From: Candidatus Hodarchaeota archaeon
GTDB taxonomy: Archaea; Asgardarchaeota; Lokiarchaeia; Sigyniarchaeales; SOKP01
Length of the DNA stretch: 64,000 nucleotides
Assembly (NCBI GenBank): GCA_048886685.1
Contig: JBHLKM010000015.1
Span: 1-64,000 of the forward strand
Direction of reading: 5' to 3'
Made by a program: the position numbers and the translations under genes. The notes beneath the pieces were generated by a model. It ran no database searches. It worked only from the letters and a program-made list of their open reading frames with translations, and was not told the origin of the DNA. This document shows, piece by piece, positions 49,661 to 60,782 of the stretch. Numbering within the stretch: the first letter of the stretch is position 1; every line of letters begins with the position of its first letter.

Positions 49661-49768
49661 AATAAATTCAACCTTCATAAGTCATTTAAAAAAAGAAGAA
49701 AATTGGTAAAATTTTTTAGAAATGTATAATTTCTATAATTATAAATCGTCATATAAGAGGATTTTTCC

Positions 49769-50026
49769 TTGACTAAGAAAAAAAGAATAGACGTCTTATT
49801 ACATAAGTTTGTTCCTAAACATCTTCTTTTAACTAAAGAAGAATCTCAAGAACTCTTAGAAAAATATAAAATAGAATTAACGGATTTACCTCAAATATTT
49901 GAAAAAGATCCAGTTGCGATTGCTATTGGAGCAAAGGAGGGAGATATTGTAAAAATAATCCGAGATTCGCACACAACGGTAAGAAGCATAGACTACTTTC
50001 GCTATGTTAAAAAAGAAAAAGGATAA
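49769..50026 (+). CDS. rpoH: RNA polymerase subunit H (Rpo5)
   Basis: HKFVPKH, LPQI...DPV, GDIVKIIR. Confidence 0.96.
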   Translation: MTKKKRIDVLLHKFVPKHLLLTKEESQELLEKYKIELTDLPQIFEKDPVAIAIGAKEGDIVKIIRDSHTTVRSIDYFRYVKKEKG

Positions 50027-50070
50027 TATGATTTTTTTATTGGTTTTTATTTAAAATTTGTAAGGGATGA

Positions 50071-53000
50071 TTGATATTGAGTACTGAAAAATTATCAAAT
50101 GAAGATAAATGGATTGTTTTAAAAAGTCTATTTGATGAGAAAGGTTTGGTTCGTCAGCATTTAGATTCATACAATGGGTTCATTGAATATGAAATGCAAT
50201 CCATAGTTGATGAATCTGGAGAAGTAATACCCGATATTCCAGGTTTCAAAATAAAATTTGGAAAAATTAAAGTTGGAATGCCAAAAGTTAGAGAAGCCGA
50301 TGGGGCAACTATGGAAATTACTCCTATTGAAGCGAGAATAAGAGAATTAAGTTATGCAGCAGATATTGCTTTAGAAATGACCCCAATAACTATTGATGAA
50401 CGAACTCAGAGGGAAGAAGCCGAAGAAACGTTAGATATCTATATTGGTAAGATACCTATTATGCTTAAAAGCTGCCGATGCCCATTAGAAAGTCTATCTG
50501 AGCAAGAATTGATTAATAGAGGTGAGGATCCGTTAGATCCAGGGGGATACTTTATAATAAATGGGACTGAACGAGTTCTTGTTACGCAGGAAGATCTTGC
50601 GCCTAATAGAATTCTCGCAGAAGAAGCCAGTAGAAGTTCTAGTGCCACTCATCAAGCAAAAGTATTTTCAACTAGGAGTGGGTTCCGCGCACCTGTAACG
50701 ATTGAAAGGAAAAAAGATGGTAATTTAAGAGTTTCATTCCCTTCAGTTCCTGGTAAAATCCCTTTAGCAATTTTAATGAGATCTTTAGGTTTACATTCTG
50801 ATAGAGAAATTTTCGAGGCTATATCTGAAAATGATGAAATTCAAAAAGAATTAATCCCTGTAATAGATGTAGCATCTGAAATCCAAGTGTTAAAGGATCC
50901 AGAGAAATCTCAACAAAATGCTCTTGATTATATTGGAAAAAGAGTAGCTATCGGACAAACTAAAGATTATCGTATTAGAAGAGCTCTTCAAGTGTTGGAT
51001 AGGTATCTATTGCCTCACATTGGAAATGCTGAGGAGGACAGAATTAAAAAAGCGTATTATTTAGGCCAAATGGCACAAAAAGTAATGGAACTTGCCTTAG
51101 GATTAAGAGAACCAGATGATAAAGACCATTATGCTAATAAAAGGTTAAAACTAGCTGGAGAATTATTTACTGGTCTATTTAGAGTTGCCTTCTTAAATCT
51201 TGTAAAAGATATTAAGTATCAGCTGGAAAGAACCGCCGTTAGAGGAAGAGCACCAAATATAAAAACCGCAGTCAGAGCAGATGTAATTACAGAAAGAATT
51301 AGACATGCATTAGCTACGGGAAATTGGGTTGGAGGTAAAGCTGGTGTGAGTCAATTGTTAAATAGAAATAATCATGTTGGTACATTGAGTCATTTAAGAA
51401 GAGTTATTTCTCCTTTAAGTAGAAGTCAACCTCATTTTGAAGCTAGAGATTTACATCCAACTCAGTGGGGAAAAATCTGTCCAGCAGAAACTCCTGAGGG
51501 GCCAAATTGTGGTTTGGTTAAAAATCTTGGATTAGCATCCATAATTTCCGTAGGAACTGATGAAAGAATTATTGAAAATATATTATTCGATTTGGGAGTC
51601 ATTCCTATAAATGAAGTGAAGACTGTAAAAGGAGATAAGGTAAAAGTTTTTCTTAATGGGAAATTAGTTGGCATTCATCAACAATACAACCCTTTTATTA
51701 GGCAACTTAGAGAAAAAAGAAGGAAAGGAGAAATAGGACAGCATGTAAACATAGGATATTACCATGACTCTAAAGAAATTCAAATTAATTGTGATGCTGG
51801 AAGAGCAACAAGACCACTTTTTGTATTAAAAAATAAGAAACCATTGATTATTAAGGAAGATATTGAGAAATTAAGACAACATAAATATATATGGTCAGAT
51901 TTAGTTCAAAAAGGTGTGATTGAGTATTTAGATGCGGAAGAAGAAGAAAATGCGTACATAGCTATGTTTGAAGAAGATATAACTGAGGAACATACTCATT
52001 TAGAAATTTCTCCAGCTGCAATTCTCGGAATTTGTGCTTCAATAATTCCATTTCCAGAACATAATCAATCACCAAGAAATACCTACGAAGCAGGAATGGT
52101 AAAACAAGCATTAGGTTTATTTGCTGCGAATATGCATCTTAGACTTGACACAAGGGGGCACACATTACATTACCCCCAACAACCTCTTGTAAAAACCAGT
52201 CCAATGGAGATAATTGGAATTAATAAACGACCTGCGGGGCAAAATTTTATTATTGCGATGATGAGCTTTGAGGGATTCAATATACAGGATGCTATTATAG
52301 TTAATAAAGCATCAATTGAGAGAGGTTTAGCTCGGAGTCATTTCTTTAGAACATATGATGCTGAAGAAAGAAAGTATCCAGGAGGAGAAGTTGACAAGTT
52401 CGAGATCCCAGAGAGGGGAGTGAGGGGATTCAAATCTGCCGAATCTTATCGACTTTTATCTGAAGAGGATGGCATAATAGAACCAGAAACTCAAGTTAAT
52501 GGAGGAGATGTGCTTATTGGGAGAACTTCTCCACCGAGATTTATAAAATCCTATGAAGAATTTGAATTAATGCAACCTAATAGGCGTGAAACTTCAAAAA
52601 ATATGAGGCATAATGAACAAGGGATAGTTGATACTGTAATTATTTCCGAAACCGTGGATGGAAATAAATTAGTAAAAATAAAAGTAAGAGATCTAAGGAT
52701 ACCTGAATTAGGAGATAAATTTTCTTCTCGTCATGGGCAAAAGGGCGTTCTTGGAGCGGTATTTGATCAATCTGATATGCCATTCACATCATCGGGTGTA
52801 ATTCCTGATATTATTGTTAATCCACATGCTATGCCTTCACGAATGACTTTAGGACAATTATTTGAGGGAATAAGTGGTAAAATTGCGTGTGCTAATGGAA
52901 AGTTAGGTGATGCTACTGCCTTTGAATGGACAGATATAACTAAACTTCAGGAACTTTTAGTGGATTCTGGGTTTGAATTTAATGGTAGAGAAGTTATGTA

Positions 53001-53448
53001 CAACGGGATAACAGGAGAAAAATATGAAGCTGGTATTTATTGCGCTCCAATCTATTATCAAAAGTTATATCACTTAGTTGCTGATAAACTTCATGCTAGA
53101 GCACGAGGTCCTGTTCAAATATTAACAAGACAACCAACTGAAGGTAGAGCTAGAGAAGGAGGGTTAAGATTTGGTGAAATGGAGCGTGATTGTCTTGTGG
53201 GCCATGGATCTGCGCTATTGTTGAAGGAAAGACTTCTAGATGAGTCAGATAGAACAGTTATATTAGTTTGTGAAAAATGTGGACTCCTGGCTGTGTATGA
53301 TCGAAATCGAGATAAGCGATATTGCCCAGTATGTGGAGAAAGCACAATAATATCAAAAGTTGTTTGTTCTTACGCTTTCAAGTTGTTATTACAAGAGATG
53401 ATGAGTTTAGGACTTGCTCCTCGACTCAAGCTCAAAGAAAAAATATAA
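50071..53448 (+). CDS. rpoB: RNA polymerase subunit B (Rpo2), undivided
   Basis: GGYFIINGTER, ETPEGPNCGLVKN, GDKFSSRHGQKG, GGLRFGEMERD. Confidence 0.99.
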   Translation: MILSTEKLSNEDKWIVLKSLFDEKGLVRQHLDSYNGFIEYEMQSIVDESGEVIPDIPGFKIKFGKIKVGMPKVREADGATMEITPIEARIRELSYAADIALEMTPITIDERTQREEAEETLDIYIGKIPIMLKSCRCPLESLSEQELINRGEDPLDPGGYFIINGTERVLVTQEDLAPNRILAEEASRSSSATHQAKVFSTRSGFRAPVTIERKKDGNLRVSFPSVPGKIPLAILMRSLGLHSDREIFEAISENDEIQKELIPVIDVASEIQVLKDPEKSQQNALDYIGKRVAIGQTKDYRIRRALQVLDRYLLPHIGNAEEDRIKKAYYLGQMAQKVMELALGLREPDDKDHYANKRLKLAGELFTGLFRVAFLNLVKDIKYQLERTAVRGRAPNIKTAVRADVITERIRHALATGNWVGGKAGVSQLLNRNNHVGTLSHLRRVISPLSRSQPHFEARDLHPTQWGKICPAETPEGPNCGLVKNLGLASIISVGTDERIIENILFDLGVIPINEVKTVKGDKVKVFLNGKLVGIHQQYNPFIRQLREKRRKGEIGQHVNIGYYHDSKEIQINCDAGRATRPLFVLKNKKPLIIKEDIEKLRQHKYIWSDLVQKGVIEYLDAEEEENAYIAMFEEDITEEHTHLEISPAAILGICASIIPFPEHNQSPRNTYEAGMVKQALGLFAANMHLRLDTRGHTLHYPQQPLVKTSPMEIIGINKRPAGQNFIIAMMSFEGFNIQDAIIVNKASIERGLARSHFFRTYDAEERKYPGGEVDKFEIPERGVRGFKSAESYRLLSEEDGIIEPETQVNGGDVLIGRTSPPRFIKSYEEFELMQPNRRETSKNMRHNEQGIVDTVIISETVDGNKLVKIKVRDLRIPELGDKFSSRHGQKGVLGAVFDQSDMPFTSSGVIPDIIVNPHAMPSRMTLGQLFEGISGKIACANGKLGDATAFEWTDITKLQELLVDSGFEFNGREVMYNGITGEKYEAGIYCAPIYYQKLYHLVADKLHARARGPVQILTRQPTEGRAREGGLRFGEMERDCLVGHGSALLLKERLLDESDRTVILVCEKCGLLAVYDRNRDKRYCPVCGESTIISKVVCSYAFKLLLQEMMSLGLAPRLKLKEKI

Positions 53449-53589
53449 TTCTTAAACGTTTTTTGAATTAAATCCATTATTTCTCTCTTTATTCAACATT
53501 GTTAGTATGAGCTTGTTAGTTGTAGACTTCTAAAATTATCAATTTTTAAGAAATAAAAAAAAAAAGGATAATTTTATTTTTTTAACTAT

Positions 53590-54033
53590 TTAAAACCCAA
53601 TTCCTAAGAAAGTATACAATTCAGGAATTAAACAGTATAGAACGTAGAGTATGAGTAGGGTTAACAATGAAATCCACACTGCATTATCCCATGGTATATC
53701 GATTAAGAACTTTACAAGGACTAATAGAATCAGAAATCCAATAATGGGTGTTAAATTGGTTAAGAAGTTTGCCCCCCCATCATCAAGAGCGTTCCTAATA
53801 TCAGCTAAAGCATCCCCAATAGCACTTAGTACCTCGTTTATTGCGTTTAAAACTATTGGAAGAAGCAATACTATTATAAAAGCTAATAAAAGTATCCAGA
53901 ATTTCTTATCTGAAGCCTTAGTTTTAGACTCTAAAAGAACAACTACTATATATATTATTAATGCTATAATTATCGTCGCAATTATTAACCATAATACAAA
54001 AAAAACAGGTTCCGCATCATTTTGAAACAACAT
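53590..54033 (-). CDS. Multi-pass membrane hypothetical protein
   Basis: Four hydrophobic segments. Confidence 0.75.
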   Translation of the reverse strand: MLFQNDAEPVFFVLWLIIATIIIALIIYIVVVLLESKTKASDKKFWILLLAFIIVLLLPIVLNAINEVLSAIGDALADIRNALDDGGANFLTNLTPIIGFLILLVLVKFLIDIPWDNAVWISLLTLLILYVLYCLIPELYTFLGIGF

Positions 54034-54163
54034 TTTAATGACCTGAGAAGTTTTTTTAAGATTTAATTATAAAAAATATTACATTTCTTCTTTTTTAAAG
54101 GTTGAGTTCTAAGATTATAAATGATAAAAGAAAGAGACTTCTATTAAATTATTTACATCTATC

Positions 54164-54364
54164 TCATATTCCCCAGTTTAACAAAAAGAAGTGAATAGAA
54201 AAGCCTAGAAATATCGATGCTATAATTATACTAATTACTGATAATTGGACTGATTTTTCTCTACCATATCTAGTGTAGATTACCAAAACTGTGAGAGCAA
54301 CTAATCCGATTATAAGAAAAAGCCATGCTAAGACCCATAAAGTTAATGAAGGAACATCAGCCAT
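54164..54364 (-). CDS. OST5/TMEM258-like two-TM protein
   Basis: FLIIGL...IYTRYGRE...VISIIIASIFLGFSIHFFLLNWGI parallels the TMEM258 pattern. Confidence 0.7.
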   Translation of the reverse strand: MADVPSLTLWVLAWLFLIIGLVALTVLVIYTRYGREKSVQLSVISIIIASIFLGFSIHFFLLNWGI

Positions 54365-54518
54365 TCGTATGAAACCTATTTTTTTATAACTGGTAGTTTT
54401 AAGTTATGAATGATTTTTTTTTAATTTTATTGATGAATAAAATTTAAAATAATTATTTTTTGATAGTTAATAAACAAAACTTATATTAATATTCACGAAA
54501 GTTTTTTCTAAGATAAAG

Positions 54519-55295
54519 ATGCATTTTCTAAAAAAGATTGTCGGATCTCCAATTTTAGAAGACCCTGCAAAGAAACATATTGATGTTCATCGTCACTTCT
54601 ACAGATATTCTAAAGGAGAATTTATAGGCCCAGCATTAAAGATCTCAAAAACTAATACTCGTATAACGCTTAAAGGTACTCATGAATATGAAGATTTAAT
54701 TCTCGAGGTAGTAGCTAATACTCTTTCTGAGGAGGAAGTTGAAATAAAGGGCAATTTAATATCTGGTAATGATATAAGTGAAATAATTACAAATCTTGGA
54801 TTTGACTGGACTTTAAAAAAATCAACAGGTCAAACCAAGAATTATAAAGCTGATATTCTAAGCACAACTACCAAAGAAACCCTTTTAAAAAGTATTGCAA
54901 TTTTTAGAAAAACTAGTTATTACTTGATTTCGTTCAATATTAGCCCTATTTGTAAAGTCACAACTAAAAAAAGCATCCCACAACCTTCTAAAAAGAAAGT
55001 AGAGGAAGATGATGTAAATAAAAGGATACAATTTTGTACAGGTGTTATAAATAATAATGAACAAAATGTGAGATTTCTATTGGATTCGGTATTACCTGAT
55101 TTTAAATCAGAACTTCCCGATAAATGGAAAAACATTATTATAAAGAATAACTATAGAATAACAGAGATTATCCTGCCTGAGGATGTTGATAATTGGGGAT
55201 TAAAGAGAATACTAGCGATAAGGAAAGGTAAATTGTTTCGATCCATAGATGTAGATAATGAAATTATAGAAAAACAATATAATTTTGTCGTTTAA
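54519..55295 (+). CDS. Hypothetical protein
   Basis: 258-aa ORF, VHRHFYRYSKGEFIGP N-terminal block; upstream of tfe. Confidence 0.75.
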   Translation: MHFLKKIVGSPILEDPAKKHIDVHRHFYRYSKGEFIGPALKISKTNTRITLKGTHEYEDLILEVVANTLSEEEVEIKGNLISGNDISEIITNLGFDWTLKKSTGQTKNYKADILSTTTKETLLKSIAIFRKTSYYLISFNISPICKVTTKKSIPQPSKKKVEEDDVNKRIQFCTGVINNNEQNVRFLLDSVLPDFKSELPDKWKNIIIKNNYRITEIILPEDVDNWGLKRILAIRKGKLFRSIDVDNEIIEKQYNFVV

Positions 55296-55400
55296 GTCTT
55301 AAATTGTAAGTCTTTACTTTATTATTTTCAAAAAAATTTAATTTTTATGAAAAATAAATAATTATAAACTCAGTACTAAATGCGAACAAGGTAGATCTGT

Positions 55401-55976
55401 ATTAAAGAATTAAATCCTTTTTTAAAATCTTTGTTATATATTATTGCTGGAGAAATAGGTGTTTATGTTGGAATGGAACTTCTAAATTCTGAATCTATGG
55501 ATATAACTGATGAGGACATTACAGAAAATATAAAAAACGAGATAAAAGGTAAAGATATTGATTTTGAACCTGACGATACCGAAATTTTAAAGTTGAACAC
55601 AGTGCGGAAAACACTTTATAAATTATATTCAGAAAAGCTTGCACAATTCAGGCGCATACGAGATAAATCTACTGGATGGTTTATCTACTATTGGTGGCAT
55701 GAATTTGATCTCCTTGAGGAGATCCTAATTGAGAAAAAAAAATTAGTAGAGACTAAATTACGAGAGCGATTAGACTTTGAGGAAAAAAATTATTTTTTCT
55801 TCTGTAAAACATGTCAAAATATCAATATTAAATATAACTTTGATGAAGCTTTTGAGCTTAACTTCAGATGTCCTGATTGTGGAAGTCCTTTAGAAGCCCA
55901 AGATAACCAGAAAATCATTGAATTTTTGAAAAACAAGATTGTTTTAAACCAGAACTTTAAAATATCAATTGATTGA
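55401..55976 (+). CDS. tfe: Transcription factor E alpha subunit (probable ATT start)
   Basis: TDEDI, LNTVRKTLYKL, RIRDKSTGWFIYYW, C..C...FDEAFELNFRCPDCG. Confidence 0.95.
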   Translation: MKELNPFLKSLLYIIAGEIGVYVGMELLNSESMDITDEDITENIKNEIKGKDIDFEPDDTEILKLNTVRKTLYKLYSEKLAQFRRIRDKSTGWFIYYWWHEFDLLEEILIEKKKLVETKLRERLDFEEKNYFFFCKTCQNINIKYNFDEAFELNFRCPDCGSPLEAQDNQKIIEFLKNKIVLNQNFKISID

Positions 55977-56050
55977 ATTACCTATTTGTAAGATTAATAA
56001 TATTTTCCTTTATCTATTACCTTCAATTAAATATAAATTAGTATCTATTT

Positions 56051-58075
56051 ATGGACGAAATAGTAAGATTTGGAACATGTACAAAAGATTGCTATGGTTC
56101 TTGTGTATTTAATGGGTTTTGGAATGATAATGCTATAGAACATAAGTTGCAATATGTAACTCCTTTAAAAAGTCATCCATTTACTAACGGTTTTTTCTGT
56201 CCTAAATATAATAATCGACAGGAATTATTATATCACCCCAAGCGTTTAAAGAGTCCATTAGTTAGGGGAGATCCAAAACCTGAAAACAGTTTCAAAAGTA
56301 TTTCTTCTCAACAAGCATTTGAAATTATAGCCAAAAAAGTAATGGAAATTAAGGAAAAAAAGCAGGAAAAGTCTATAGTTGGGGCTTTTTATTCGGGAAA
56401 TTCTGGATTGATATCTATGTATTCCCCTCTTAGGTTTTTTGCTAAGCTGGGGGCTACAGTTACCAGTGCTGGTCTATGTAATGAAGGTGGATGTCAAGCT
56501 CTGAAAAAAGTATTTGGAACTTATTCATTATCAAATCCCTTTCAAATTATTAATCCAGCAACTCATCTAATTGTTATTTGGGGCAGTAATCTATCAGAAA
56601 GTAATATCCATGCTTATTTTTTTGTTAAACAAGCACTTAAAAATAAAACTAAGCTAATTGTGGTTGATTCTCGCAATACCCGAATTGCCAGAAAATCAAA
56701 CTGTTTTCTTCATATAAATCCTGGCACCGAACATTTAATTGTTAAGTTAGTAGTTAAAGCATTAGTTAAACAGAATGTTTGTGATGTTGAATTTTTAAGA
56801 GACAATGTTGATTCCTATAGGTCCGTTTTTTCCGGAAGCAATAATATTGATGATGATAAGCTATTGTTCCAAATAGGAATCAATTTTGAAACATTTCAGA
56901 AATTAGTTGATTTACTAGTAGAACATAAACATCATACATTATTTATTATTGGTTATGGTGTTCAGAAGGTTTTTTATGGGGGAAGAATCGTCCAATCCAT
57001 TGCTTTAATTCAAATCTTACTTGGGAATATCGGCAAACGAGGAACAGGTTTGTTATATTCTCAAAGTGATTTTATAAAGCCTATAACCCAACCAATTTTG
57101 AATTATATTACCCATTCTGCAAATAATACTAGTTTAAAGGAAATTCCCTTAATTAATCTGGGTAAAGCTTTATCTACCGGAGAGCATAAAATTGTATTTA
57201 TATATAATCTTAACCCAGTGAGTTCCTTACCAAATCAAAAATTATTAAGAGAAGCACTTTTAAATGAAGATTTATTTGTAATTGTTTTAGATTTATTCTT
57301 GAATGAAACCACAAATTATGCGGATATCGTGATGCCTGCGAAGTTTGATTTGGAGTCATACGATATAATTACTCCATTTTATTTTCCCAGCTTATCTATA
57401 AATTTAGGGGGTCCTTGTCCATATATGGATTGTATGTCAAATTATGAGTTTTTTCAGAAATTAGCATGGAGAGTTGGCTATTGTAAATCATCAATTTTTA
57501 AAGAGTCTGAAAAAGATATATTTAATAAATGTTTAAATATGCTTCCAAAAAAGATTTATAAAGATGTTATTACAAACGGGTATCATCTATTATTTAATAA
57601 GTCACATATTCCATTTAAAAATCTTAAATTTCCTACTTTTAATAATAAAATCCAGGCTCAATATATCAATCTGAGATTTGGTGAAAATGAGTTGAATCAG
57701 AAATTTAACCGTAAAAAAAATGAGTTTATACTAATATCACCGTCTCACTCACATTTCTTGCATTCTCAATTGGGTCAATTAAATTCTAAGTATTATGAAG
57801 ATTTTAGTAAAATATTTTTAAATCCGGTAGATATAAAGTCTTTGGATTTAAACATAGATGAGGAGGTTTTAGTATCAAATAAATATGGTTCTGCTAATTA
57901 CATACTGGCTGAACTCACATCTTTAAAGTCAGGCACAGCACTAATCTATTCTGGGGGATCATCACCTTATAATGAAAGTACGAATGTTAACCTTTTTACC
58001 CCTGATATTCCTGAAGAATCGGGGCTTTCAGGAGCTTATAACTCTTCGATTATACAAATTAAGAAAGTAAAGTAG
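56051..58075 (+). CDS. Molybdopterin-dependent oxidoreductase, catalytic subunit
   Basis: CTKDCYGSC...FCPK Fe-S motif, RLKSPL, WGSN, NETT.YADIVMPA, C-terminal MGD-binding domain. Confidence 0.9.
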   Translation: MDEIVRFGTCTKDCYGSCVFNGFWNDNAIEHKLQYVTPLKSHPFTNGFFCPKYNNRQELLYHPKRLKSPLVRGDPKPENSFKSISSQQAFEIIAKKVMEIKEKKQEKSIVGAFYSGNSGLISMYSPLRFFAKLGATVTSAGLCNEGGCQALKKVFGTYSLSNPFQIINPATHLIVIWGSNLSESNIHAYFFVKQALKNKTKLIVVDSRNTRIARKSNCFLHINPGTEHLIVKLVVKALVKQNVCDVEFLRDNVDSYRSVFSGSNNIDDDKLLFQIGINFETFQKLVDLLVEHKHHTLFIIGYGVQKVFYGGRIVQSIALIQILLGNIGKRGTGLLYSQSDFIKPITQPILNYITHSANNTSLKEIPLINLGKALSTGEHKIVFIYNLNPVSSLPNQKLLREALLNEDLFVIVLDLFLNETTNYADIVMPAKFDLESYDIITPFYFPSLSINLGGPCPYMDCMSNYEFFQKLAWRVGYCKSSIFKESEKDIFNKCLNMLPKKIYKDVITNGYHLLFNKSHIPFKNLKFPTFNNKIQAQYINLRFGENELNQKFNRKKNEFILISPSHSHFLHSQLGQLNSKYYEDFSKIFLNPVDIKSLDLNIDEEVLVSNKYGSANYILAELTSLKSGTALIYSGGSSPYNESTNVNLFTPDIPEESGLSGAYNSSIIQIKKVK

Positions 58076-58170
58076 TAAAGAGTTTAAGAAGCACCAGTAT
58101 TTTTTAAAAATCCCTTATTAGAGAATTTTATGTATGATTTTCGATGTATTTTTCAATAGAGAGAATTAAC

Positions 58171-58719
58171 TTAGGAATCTGAATCTTTACTTTTTTTTTT
58201 AATAAACGCAATATCTCCTAAAGAACTGCCAGTTGATTTTTTCATGAATTTGGTTTCTTGAACTCTAAACTCTGTTTCATCAATTTTCTTTAATAGTTTA
58301 ATTTTGTATACTTCTTGGATTTTTTTGGCTAATTTGATAGTTGGTTCTACTTTTCCTGCTTCAATTCTTCTAATTAATGATGGTTTTTCATTTAATTTCT
58401 GAGCAAATTGATCTTGATTAATTCTAAGATTGCTCCTAACATTTCTAATTCTTTTAGCATAATCAACAACGACTTCTAAATCTTCAATCCCCTTAGCCTT
58501 AAATGTTTGCCTTTTTGGAGCCATATGATGTTTAGTTTGAGCCGGTTTCTTTATTTGAACGTTGGTAGCTGATTTGTAGATTTTGGTGCCATGTTGAGCA
58601 CAATTATCACATACTGTGATTTTTGCCCCCTCTAATAAAACTCTCTGTCCTTTTCCCCATATTATACCTCCACATACTGGACATTCCTTATCTACTTCAT
58701 TGTATCTAGGTTTTGGCAT
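58171..58719 (-). CDS. mbf1: Multiprotein bridging factor aMBF1
   Basis: CPVCG...VCDNC ribbon, HTH QDQFAQKLNEK..IRRIE, SLGD. Confidence 0.93.
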   Translation of the reverse strand: MPKPRYNEVDKECPVCGGIIWGKGQRVLLEGAKITVCDNCAQHGTKIYKSATNVQIKKPAQTKHHMAPKRQTFKAKGIEDLEVVVDYAKRIRNVRSNLRINQDQFAQKLNEKPSLIRRIEAGKVEPTIKLAKKIQEVYKIKLLKKIDETEFRVQETKFMKKSTGSSLGDIAFIKKKSKDSDS

Positions 58720-58963
58720 AAACTCATCTCAAGTTTTACTAATTGATAAAATTCTCATTCATATATAGAAGTTATTTGAGAATTCTTATAATTTGTGGTT
58801 ATAATTCCATTATATTTTATAATCTATAAATTTTTTAAAAATTGAGATTTTAAAGTAATAGTAAAGAAATAACCTTAAATTTAAATGAAGAAAAGTTTAT
58901 TATTAAATTAAAGCACTTTCTTAAGAAAAATAGAAAATTGAGAAAAGAAGGAGTATAATTTTT

Positions 58964-60172
58964 TTGACGACAACCAAGGATAAGAGAAAAAGAGAAGAAA
59001 CTAAAGATGGCGAGTATTTGATAACTTATACTAGACATCTAGAGAAAAGGTTAAGAAATTTAGAGACAGAAAAGCAACTATTAGATGCAGAGCGATTAAG
59101 ATTAGAACAAGAGTTACACAGTTTAAGAAATGAAATTGATAGGCTAAGAGAACCACCATTGGTTTCTGCAACTATCATAGATTTCTTAGATGATAAAGGA
59201 AGGGCAATTGTAAAAAGCTCAACAGGACCAAGTTTTGTCGTCAATGCCAGTAGAAAAGTGAAAAATGAAAAATTAACACCAGGAATGAGAGTTGCCTTAA
59301 ATCAGAGAACATTCGCTATTATGGAAGTTTTACCTACTAAACTTGATCCATTTGTTAAAGGTATGGAAGTAATTGATTCAATTCCAGACATTTCTTATGC
59401 CGATGTTGGTGGTTTAGGAGATCAACTACAAGAAGTTAGAGAAACAGTCGAATTACCCTTGAAGAAGCCAGAATTATTTGAAAAAATAGGTATTGATCCA
59501 CCGAAAGGCGTATTATTATTTGGGCCTCCAGGGACAGGAAAAACATTATTAGCAAAAGCAGTTGCTCATGAAACAGAAGCTACATTTATTAGAATCATTG
59601 GATCTGAATTAGTTCAAAAATTTATTGGTGAAGGTGCTCGTTTAGTGAGAGAAATTTTTAATTTGGCAAAAGAAAAAGCTCCTACAATATTATTTATTGA
59701 TGAGTTAGATGCAATCGGTTCTCAGAGATTAAAAATTGCTACATCTGGAGATAGAGAGGTTCAGAGAACTTTAATGCAATTATTAAGTGAATTAGACGGT
59801 TTTGAACAGCGCGGAGATGTAAAAATTATCGGTGCTACAAATCGAATTGATATCTTAGATCCTGCCTTATTGAGACCAGGAAGATTTGATCGAATGATAG
59901 AGTTTCCTATCCCAGATGATGTGGCTAGAAAAGCAATTTTTAAGATTCATACTCGAAGATTGAATATAGAAGAAAATGTAGATTTTAATAGGCTAGTTAA
60001 TTTAACAGAAGGTGCAACTGGAGCGGATATCAAAGCTATTTCTACTGAAGCAGGTATGTTTGCTATTAGAAAAGATGCTGAGATAATTGTTAGTAAAGAT
60101 TTTTATGATGCTGTTGATAAAGTAATGAATAAAGTAAGAGATAAATGTGTTGAATCTAGGCTATACTCATAA
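58964..60172 (+). CDS. pan: Proteasome-activating nucleotidase
   Basis: Coiled coil and OB domain, [33 protein letters not shown]-terminal HbYX (LYS). Confidence 0.97.
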   Translation: MTTTKDKRKREETKDGEYLITYTRHLEKRLRNLETEKQLLDAERLRLEQELHSLRNEIDRLREPPLVSATIIDFLDDKGRAIVKSSTGPSFVVNASRKVKNEKLTPGMRVALNQRTFAIMEVLPTKLDPFVKGMEVIDSIPDISYADVGGLGDQLQEVRETVELPLKKPELFEKIGIDPPKGVLLFGPPGTGKTLLAKAVAHETEATFIRIIGSELVQKFIGEGARLVREIFNLAKEKAPTILFIDELDAIGSQRLKIATSGDREVQRTLMQLLSELDGFEQRGDVKIIGATNRIDILDPALLRPGRFDRMIEFPIPDDVARKAIFKIHTRRLNIEENVDFNRLVNLTEGATGADIKAISTEAGMFAIRKDAEIIVSKDFYDAVDKVMNKVRDKCVESRLYS

Positions 60173-60248
60173 TGAGTGTAGAATAGAATCTATTTATGTT
60201 TTACATTGCTTATTTTAATATATCTTATTTTATTATTTATTATTACAA

Positions 60249-60740
60249 ATGGAAAGTACACTTTTATTAGGTTTAAGACAAGTTAAAGCAATTTCGGATT
60301 ATCAATTTGGCAAAGAAATAACTGACATTCTATTTAGTAAACTAGAGAATATTCATATTGAAAGATCTCTGGCTACTAATAAAATACGGTACATTTTTCA
60401 TAATAACAATTTAATGCTCACTTTACGACCTAATAATGGTTTCTTTACATTGAGTTTATATTCTGCTAATATGATAATCAAGAATATTTCAACTCCAAAA
60501 TTAAGGATTATTGTTTTAAATGAGATTTCTGAGTTTATAAAGAAGGGTAGGAATGTTTTTTGTAAACATGTTGTTAATATTGATGAAAATTTAAGACCTT
60601 TAGATGAGGTAATCATAGTTAATCAAAATGATGAATTATTAGCTATTGGAAGATTAAAATTACCTATTTCATATGTGAAGTCTTTCTCAAGTGGAGTTGC
60701 TGTAAATGTTCGAAAAGGAGTTTATAAATCAAAAATTTAA
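60249..60740 (+). CDS. PUA-domain protein (archaeosine TGT C-terminal-like)
   Basis: DYQFG, KIRYI, GRNVFCKHV, RPLDEVIIV, GVAVNVRKG. Confidence 0.88.
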   Translation: MESTLLLGLRQVKAISDYQFGKEITDILFSKLENIHIERSLATNKIRYIFHNNNLMLTLRPNNGFFTLSLYSANMIIKNISTPKLRIIVLNEISEFIKKGRNVFCKHVVNIDENLRPLDEVIIVNQNDELLAIGRLKLPISYVKSFSSGVAVNVRKGVYKSKI

Positions 60741-60782
60741 AATGCAAATTACTATATAATTATATAGAAATTATAGCTAAAA

